Shown here: positions 62,401-64,000 of the stretch, piece by piece | Layout of the letters: the number at the start of each line of letters is the position of its first letter | Numbering within the stretch: position 1 is the stretch's first letter | Assembly: GCA_003971905.1 (NCBI GenBank) | Contig: RSEE01000006.1 | Coordinates: 558,001 to 622,000, forward strand | DNA: 64,000 nucleotides | From: Moniliella sp. 'wahieum' | Lineage: Eukaryota | Reading direction: 5' to 3' | The notes under the pieces: generated by a model | Seen by the model: only the letters and a program-made list of their open reading frames with translations | Database searches by the model: none | Told to the model about the DNA's origin: nothing | Position numbers and translations under genes: made by a program

Positions 62401-64000
62401 GCTCGAGCGGGTGGCCACGAGGCAAAATGGGACGAAAACAGGCCGGTAGGCGAGGCGTGGGACTCCTTCCTCGCCTGCTTTCCTGACCATCTGCGTGTGT
62501 TTTGTTTCCAGGACGCTGGGACTTACCTTGCTCAGGTGGGCGCGCAGCCAGCGCCCAAGGAGCCCGAGGAAGAGAGGAGCAGTAAGCACGTTCCCAAACC
62601 ACCTACCTATCTCGTCCAGTGCGACGGGGGTGGAATTGAGATGAGCGGCAACTGGCTTCGGAGGTGGCAGAGCGATGACTCGGAAGTGGTGTTTAGCTTC
62701 TTCCGCAACTTTCATCGGCAACTCGATCGACTGATCCAGATTAGCTTGCCGCCCGAGGCTCATGGGTTGTTCTTTGGTGCACCGGCTTATGCTCACATTG
62801 CTGCTTCGATCCATCACAAGTGCGTCTCGCTTGTCCACCGCTCGCTCAACTCGGTCACGACCCAGCAAAGTCAGAACAGCTTGTATGTGACCCTCCCTCC
62901 TGTTTCCATCGAAAGCGATTCCCCGCTAACTTTGTTGTTCCGGTTGCATAGCAACCCAGGCGAGACGGCCAACGTATTGCTGGGAAGCTCGAATGGCAAA
63001 CCCAAACACCTCGACATGGCCACCACCCGATGCGTCTCGGCAGTGGTAGAATCGGTAACCTATGGCGAACCACGCACGTCTCCCCGCCAAGCGCATCTCT
63101 TTCTCCCCAGCATCCAACTCCACCTCACTGTCTTGTCAAGCGTACCTCCCTCTATGATGTGCAAGGCGTGTTTTGTCTGTGGGACTGGATCGACGCCCTG
63201 ATGGAGCAGGTTGCGGCCGTGGGGCTACCGATCCCCGCGGTGATGGATCTGGAATGGGTGATTGGTGTCGCGCGAATGATTTGCAGGAGGCGGACCATGC
63301 GGTAGCGTTGATGCGTACGCTGGCGTTTTGTTACGGCAACTTTGGCCTGTTGATGTCCTCGACGCGTCTGCGGCGTGCCCTGGGAAGAAACGCTGCTGGC
63401 GCCGCTCATCTTTACCAAGCTCTTCCTCTCTTGGTCCTACACGATTCGCGCCTACTTTCTCCACACCCTGGTCTTCCGCATCGGCCACATCACCGACTTC
63501 CCTGCCCCCGCCGACGATCCAGCCAACAACTCTGCCAGTCAGATCGCGCACCTACTCCATACACGTCTCGACGATGTACGCACGTGCTACGAAGAACTCC
63601 TTTCCGATTCTGGCCGGGACAGTAGCAGCAGCGACAGCGGCCGGCGCTCCCCCTCGATCTACTCGGCCATCCGGACCATTGTGGTGGGCACCAGCGCGAC
63701 CTCCCGCTCCCCGCACCTTACCATCGATTCCGACACGGACGCATCCAATTCGAACGAATCGCTTCTGTCTGCTTCGCCAGTTGGCACGCCCCTCGGCACC
63801 CCCTTGGCAACACCTACCTCATCCCCCTCGGGCCTGGGCAAAGCGAACGGATCTTAGGTCTCTCCTCCGTCGGGGGCAACACGAGTGGCAGTGCGGAGCC
63901 GAGCAAGCGGCGTGGTTTCTCGGCCTGGGCAAGCGACACAAGGATTCTGCCGACCCCACGCCTGCTCGCTCTGCCAGCTTGGCCGCACGGCGAGAGGCAC
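59475..64000 (+). CDS. Large S/P-rich protein with DUF1765 (UPF0592/Ahk1-like) domain; truncated at window end
   Basis: Frameshifted ORFs carry RSKLLRMVLHPFL, LIFAGRLLAHALFRIP, NWLRRWQSDDSEVVFSFFRNFH, FFGAPAYAHI, RTSLYDVQGVFCLWDW and IFTKLFLSWSYTIRAYFLHTLVFRI. These resemble the DUF1765 F.HW..VR.YF..LL..RI motif as I recall it. Confidence 0.72.

Overview
GC-rich, gene-dense eukaryotic DNA from a fungus, most likely a basidiomycete smut or yeast (Ustilaginomycotina-like). Evidence: short GT..CTRAC..AG introns, intron-containing tRNAs and fungus-specific families. Nearly every gene, including essential housekeeping genes, is broken by single-base indels, so this looks like an unpolished long-read consensus and gene ends are approximate. 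Gene order: F-box protein(-), class-3/DAG lipase(+), unknown protein(-), Mge1/GrpE(-), Trm9(-), Ste20-type PAK kinase(-), Sec9(+), Bud4/anillin-like(+), Arb1/ABCF2(-), Rrp3(+), tRNA-Gly(CCC)(+), S/T/P-rich single-pass membrane protein(+), a Zn2Cys6 transcription factor whose zinc cluster is absent from the ORF track(-), a ~12.3-kb ferrichrome-type NRPS (A-T-C-A-T-C-A-T-C-T-C)(-), tRNA-Tyr(GTA)(-), Aim41/YqeY-like(+), UreD(-), small membrane protein(+), complex I 17.8-kDa-like subunit(-), a ~5.3-kb non-coding region, and a DUF1765/Ahk1-like gene(+, runs off the end). The most notable feature is a block bracketed by two tRNA genes that holds the membrane protein, the Zn-cluster TF and the siderophore-type NRPS, with no ornithine N5-oxygenase or transacylase gene nearby. 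Intergenic DNA is also unusual, being built from successive clusters of short palindromic words.
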